The notes below the pieces were generated by a model that was not told the origin of the DNA, searched no databases, and saw nothing but the letters and a program-made list of their open reading frames with translations. Position numbers and translations under genes: made by a program. From positions 1,786 to 65,785 of the forward strand of contig CANRKF010000001.1 in NCBI GenBank assembly GCA_947631145.1: a stretch of DNA of 64,000 bases, read 5' to 3'. This document shows positions 60,701-64,000 of the stretch, one piece after another. Position 1 is the first letter of the stretch; each line of letters starts with the position of its first letter. The stretch comes from an uncultured Clostridia bacterium (GTDB taxonomy: Bacteria; Bacillota; Clostridia; TANB77; CAG-508).

Positions 60701-61003
60701 TCTTATTTGTAAATTAGTTGGTATTACGTCTTTCAAATTGTAGGTTGGATTAATAGTAGCTCCTAATAACCTTATTTTATAAAATATACTTTTTGAGGTA
60801 TCTGTTTGAGGTAAAACATCATACATTCTAGGTTGTATAACATTTTTCTTTTCCTCATCAGTTAATTCTAGCCACTTTTTATATTCTTCTGAATATTCAA
60901 CTTTTTGAAATAAATTTGTACTAGCAAACACTTTTTTATCTACTAATAAAAATAGAATAAAAATTAAAAAAATTATTAAAAATATTTTCTTTAGTTTTTT
61001 CAT
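57707..61003 (-). CDS. cell-wall-anchored papain-family (C1) cysteine protease with Big_3 (Ig-like) repeats and a sortase sorting signal
   Basis: Signal peptide. Catalytic Cys region NQMHTNTCWAFATLSSLE, His region DHAVSIIGWDD and Asn/Trp region NGAWIIRNSWGE. About four ~70-aa Big_3-like repeats. C-terminal YIPNTG, then a hydrophobic stretch and a KFKDAK tail. Confidence 0.85.
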   Translation of the reverse strand: MKKLKKIFLIIFLIFILFLLVDKKVFASTNLFQKVEYSEEYKKWLELTDEEKKNVIQPRMYDVLPQTDTSKSIFYKIRLLGATINPTYNLKDVIPTNLQIRNQMHTNTCWAFATLSSLETNLALYDYKKNNTDAEAKVYDFSERHMDYSTSNSFTESESNKKFGYNRKVEDGGNWIFAQSYLTNGSGPINEDAMTFQDNTNSIALSEIQNKTVTSQVYDTVEFADYNKNPEQKSQIMGQIKQHIKNYGSVYAAIHGNFAEVEYPCYDNTNGSIYCNDAETHKLDHAVSIIGWDDNYDKNNFPGDKKPNSNGAWIIRNSWGEKIEYELSELKKEIFKILQQEGKTEHLQKAEEITTEMLTKAGYTVDEGQNKAYLKLGNDGFMYISYEDCNVATTLCGIIKATDGKNYEKIYQYDEHYPMAYVETTNGSKVMLCNIFEKQTDDKEYLNQISIYAPETYTCKVYVNPKGDAHDQNSLQAVKLKAGQSETFGTGYHTLEFAEPIEISKGKFAVVVEIQGTRDKVMVSLEAKPEGISQFDYVQVETDKCFIQIENGSTSSEWLDLGKSTDGLNGDSTIKAFTTSKLDEKTLESIEIVTPPDKVNYLVGENFEKEGMKVQANYSDKSNVMLYDTDYSITNGTNLSEGQQSVTISYADKTTTQNITVEKNTVTSLVIETPPTKTEYIEGENFNSEGMVVKAIYKDGTSKEVSLSEYTIEDGNNLKAEQTHVTISYEGQTVTQDITVTPNPLVEINITKAPNKTSYVVGQNFDPEGMVVTGTYQNESTQEILDYTIEKETNLTKEQTSVTIKYEEKTAMQPITVEEKQITKITVNAKPTKLTYIKNKENLNLEGGTLKVTYNDGTTEVIEMTSEEVTVSGFSNENVGTVKVTVTYQNKTTEFEVQIIEEEKAENSKMDEVAGNVKKVKAYYYTNNSKKDYILIDVEVDNISINTNNDSLEYYYYLSPNANEQDITDWVKITEKQNSNNKLQFTIDTRKISNYNEISDEGVLYLYVKEVAIKGGDQSIAISKPMKLETDKEVETYIDDVKKDTSKPSPSGSGKDDTTAPGYIPNTGMAPVIIICITVLAILSVVIYIKYNKFKDAK

Positions 61004-61342
61004 AAGTTTATCTCCTTATATGATTTATTTATACGGTTATATTAATTTTTCATAATTATAAGAACCTTTTAAGTAAAAAATGAATTTTTTATAACCTCTT
61101 TTGTACGTTCTTGTAAATTTAAGAATCTATACAATATAATTATATAATTTTATAAAAAAATTGTAAACATTTTTTTATGTATTTTTATATTTTTTGACAT
61201 TATATTATATATTTTTTAAGCTTATTATATAATTCTTTTTTTTATTATTTTTTTATTTCTCAACCTTTCTATTTTTTGTTTTTCCTGTATTCTCTTGATT
61301 TTCATGTTCTATTAGGTATGAAAAAATATTATTGCTAATATC

Positions 61343-61371
61343 TTGACAATAAAAATTCTTAATTATATTAT
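61343..61371 (+). promoter_or_regulatory. sigma-A-type promoter TTGACA-17-TATTAT upstream of the agrA-like gene
   Basis: Seen directly in the sequence. Confidence 0.45.
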
Positions 61372-61448
61372 TATAATAATTGGAAATTTTTGGGTTATGA
61401 TGTTAAATTTTGTCAACTGAATTTTAAAATTTTACGGAGGATAAAATT

Positions 61449-62195
61449 ATGTTGGATTTTGTATTATGTGACGATAATGCTAACGTACTTACTAAATTAG
61501 AAAAAATGTTAGAAGCAATTTTTATAAGTAAAAACTTTGATGCTCAAATTGTTCTTAGTACAACCCAACCTGATGAATTTATTAATTTTATTAAAAATCA
61601 CAATGTTAATGTCATATTTTTAGATATTGATTTAAAGTCTAAAATATCTGGTCTTGACTTAGCAGATATGATTCGTAAAAAAGATAAAAATGTGTATATT
61701 ATTTTTACTACTGGTCATTTAGAATATGGTTTGATGGCTTACAAGTATAAAACTTTTGACTATATTCCTAAACCTTTTACCAAAGAAAGATTAGAAGATA
61801 CTTTGGTTAGATTATTTGAAGATATTTCTGGTAATGAAACTAAGTTTGTTAGATTAGATAATAATAAAACCATTATTAAACAAGATAGTATTCAATATAT
61901 TCAAAAAGAAGGAATGAAAGTAATTTTTCATACAGATACAAGGAACTATGAAACATACAATTCTTTTAAAAAGATTTTGCCACAACTACCTGAACAGTTT
62001 ATTCAATGTCATAAGTCTTATATTGTTAATACTCAAAAGATTACAGATATTGATATTTCTAATAATACTATTTTTCTAGGCAATAATGAAAAGGCTAAAT
62101 GTTTTATTGGTCCTAAATATAAAAATAAATTTATGGAGGTTTTTAATTATGGAAATTTTTCAAACAATTTGGACAGCAATGACAACGCCAAATGA
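61449..62195 (+). CDS. agrA: LytTR-family response regulator (AgrA-like)
   Basis: REC domain (FVLCDDN...IFLDIDL) plus a C-terminal LytTR DNA-binding domain (...FIQCHKSYIVN...). Confidence 0.85.
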   Translation: MLDFVLCDDNANVLTKLEKMLEAIFISKNFDAQIVLSTTQPDEFINFIKNHNVNVIFLDIDLKSKISGLDLADMIRKKDKNVYIIFTTGHLEYGLMAYKYKTFDYIPKPFTKERLEDTLVRLFEDISGNETKFVRLDNNKTIIKQDSIQYIQKEGMKVIFHTDTRNYETYNSFKKILPQLPEQFIQCHKSYIVNTQKITDIDISNNTIFLGNNEKAKCFIGPKYKNKFMEVFNYGNFSNNLDSNDNAK

Positions 62196-63504
62196 AACTG
62201 CATTAAGTATTATCGGATTTTTGTCTTGTTTTATTGATACTTTTGTAAATATGTTATTGTTTACTACTCTCTTAGATATTAAATGTTCTAAAAAAGCAAA
62301 AATCATTTATGTAATTGCAATGGGATTATTGGCTTTCTTTTCTAGAACTTTAATACCAGATCCTTATGCTACTTTTGTAAATCTTATTATGGGATTTGTT
62401 TTTATCAAATTTATACTTAAAACAAATATCGTAAAGTCATTAATAGCTTTATTTATACCAATTGTACTAAGTACTATTTTAGAATTATTTATGTTTCAAT
62501 TTTATTCATCTGCTTTACAAATTCCTTATGAATTTGTTATGACAATAGCAATATATAGATTTTTATTTACCTTTAGCATTTATTTTTGTGTTTTTATCAT
62601 TTATAAAATTATTTATTATTTTAAATTTCATATTAACTTAGAAAATATGACTAGAAAAAATAAAATTTTATTTACAATTAATGCTTTGCTTGGTATTATC
62701 GCTATTGCTACTCAATTATTCTTAATTGCTTTTTATAATGACAAAGTGCCAATTCCTATTACTATTGTTAGCATGATTAGTTTACTAGGTTATTTCTTGA
62801 TAAGCATTTATAATATACTTAATACCACAAAATTAGATACTACTTCTCAAAACTTAGAAGAAGCACAATTATATAATAAAACATTAATTTTATTACATGA
62901 TAGCATGAGAGGTTTTAAACATGATTTTAATAATATAGTGCAAGGTATTGGTGGTTATATTGATACAAATAATATGGAAGGACTTAAAAAATATTATTCT
63001 CAACTTTTGAAAGATTGTAATCGTGTTAATAATTTAACAGCACTTAATCCAACTGTTATTAATAATCCTGCTATTTATAATATTATGGCCTCTAAATACC
63101 ATAAAGCAGATGAAATTGGTGTACAAATTAATTTAGGTGTTTTTCTTGATTTGAATGAAATTGAAAAATATATGAAAATTTATGAATTTACAAGGATTCT
63201 TGGCATTTTAATGGATAATGCTATTGAAGCTGCAGAAGAATGTGAAAATAAAATTGTTCATGTTAGTTTTAGAAAAGAAGAAAAACGTAACCGTTTAGTT
63301 ATGGTTATTGAAAATACATATAAAAATAAAGATATTGACACAGAAAAAATTTTTGAAAAAGATTTTTCTACTAAATCTGCGAAAACAAATAGTGGGCTTG
63401 GATTATGGGAAGTAAGACAAATATTAAAGAAAAATAATAACTTAAATTTATACACTACTAAAAATGAAGAATATTTTATACAGCAGTTTGAAATTTACTA
63501 TTAA
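62150..63504 (+). CDS. agrC: AgrC-like sensor histidine kinase (multi-TM sensor plus GHKL/HATPase_c_5)
   Basis: Six to seven N-terminal TM helices. The His region HDFNNIVQGI and a C-terminal ATPase with the N-box (MDNAIEAAEE) and G-box (SGLGLWEV). The likely start is the ATG at 62150 (MEIFQTIW) with an RBS ggagg. The track begins earlier, in frame. Confidence 0.8.
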
Positions 63505-63574
63505 TTTTCACTATTTTTTATAAAATAGCAAAATTCACTATTACTATATCATTATAAAATAAAAACTTCCATCA

Positions 63575-63632
63575 GCACAATCAAAGATCGTTGATGAGTA
63601 CCCAGGAATCTTGTTGTTTCACAAGTAATAAA
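63575..63632. repeat. Family C element, partial copy (left ~55 bp)
   Basis: caatcaaagat...tgagtacccaggaatcttgttgtttcacaagtaa is about 80% identical to 37089-37140. Confidence 0.45.
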
Positions 63633-63670
63633 AATGAGTAGCTTTTTTAAATATGCTACTCATTTTTTGT
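63630..63670. terminator. bidirectional Rho-independent terminator between the convergent agrC and agrD (aaaatgagtagc-ttttttaaatat-gctactcatttttt)
   Basis: Perfect 9-bp stem flanked by an A-run and a T-run. Confidence 0.65.
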
Positions 63671-63706
63671 CGTTTTTTATGTTTTAAGGAAATATTTATA
63701 TTTTTA

Positions 63707-63826
63707 TTAATCTTTTTTTATTAAAGATGCAGGCATTTTTGGTTGATGTGCAATCCCCCAAACCCAACATGCAGTGTTTGTTGATTTAGCATATTTTTCT
63801 GCTACTTTTGCTAATAATTTTAACAT
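63707..63826 (-). CDS. agrD: AgrD-like autoinducing-peptide precursor (39 aa), not in the ORF track
   Basis: I translated it myself: MLKLLAKVAEKYAKSTNTACWVWGIAHQPKMPASLIKKD*. It has an amphipathic N-terminal leader, a single Cys, then a short hydrophobic stretch and HQP..P, the pattern conserved in clostridial AgrD (compare ...SACLWFTHQPEEPKSL). A strong RBS (aagggggaa) sits 7 nt upstream. Confidence 0.7.
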   Translation of the reverse strand: MLKLLAKVAEKYAKSTNTACWVWGIAHQPKMPASLIKKD

Positions 63827-63956
63827 TTGTATTCCCCCTTAAAAATAAATTTTTTATAATAAGCATTGCCGGCAAATGCTTTATTATCATAATTTAGCTT
63901 TTTTCTTATGTGATATTTATTATTAATTGTTTTTATATTTTATTATTTAATCTTAG

Positions 63957-64000
63957 TTAAATTGTTTCATCTGCATATACTTCATATCCATATTTATTAT
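63957..64000 (-). CDS. 3' end of an unidentified gene running off the window (...NKYGYEVYADETI*)
   Basis: Open frame on the reverse strand from the window edge to a stop at 63957. It could be agrB, but this cannot be verified. Confidence 0.3.
   Translation of the reverse strand, partial: NKYGYEVYADETI

Noticed and set aside
63841-64000. Search for agrB directly upstream of the AgrD-like ORF
   Set aside because: All three reverse-strand frames of 63841-63956 contain stops, and the only stop-free stretch lacks an ATG. agrB is therefore not encoded within 130 bp of agrD. It may be the gene whose 3' end is at 63957 and beyond the window.
1-64000. tRNA, rRNA, tmRNA or RNase P genes
   Set aside because: No GC-rich ~75-nt cloverleaf-like segments (GTTCGAATCC-type T-arms) and no rRNA-like conserved tracts were seen. 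The only GC islands are those reported at 53889-53930 and 56920-56950, which do not resemble tRNAs.

Overview
This is AT-rich (about 25% GC) chromosomal DNA from a spore-forming Firmicute, Clostridium-like: it carries spo0A, splB, yyaC, yqfC and yqfD. Most of the window is conserved housekeeping and anaerobic-metabolism genes. These are pflB-pflA, a znuA-znuC-znuB operon, rpsF-ssb-rpsR, a trimeric [FeFe] hydrogenase hydC-hydB-hydA, and era-yqzL-recO, ybeY, trmB, pth and rng. Between them sit accessory islands. One is a sortase plus a substrate ending in LPVTG, bracketed by near-identical 70-bp direct repeats and next to a two-component system. Another, at the 3' end, is an agr-like quorum-sensing locus. 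It has a LytTR regulator, an AgrC-like kinase and a convergent 39-aa AgrD-like pre-peptide that the ORF track misses, with no agrB in the window. A sortase-anchored papain-family protease, an FN3-repeat exoprotein and a small DRRQ-repeat membrane protein lie just upstream of it. The window shows signs of gene decay or sequencing error. Four genes are split by frameshifts (znuB, an M50 peptidase, yigZ and a GT1 glycosyltransferase). nrdD loses its glycyl-radical C-terminus at a perfect 39-bp tandem-repeat array, and no nrdG follows. At least four short intergenic repeat families have two or more copies each. Family A is a hairpin-rich element at the 3' ends of pflB and dgkA. Family B is a terminator-like element found twice, one copy flanked by 46-bp direct repeats inside the hydrogenase operon. 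Family C is a MITE-like element, and Family D is the 70-bp repeat around the sortase cassette. Other oddities are an RNase H-like protein with a C-terminal HTH next to a SWIM-SNF2 helicase, and a HydA whose H-cluster L1 motif reads TSCSP instead of TSCCP. No tRNA, rRNA or CRISPR array was seen.
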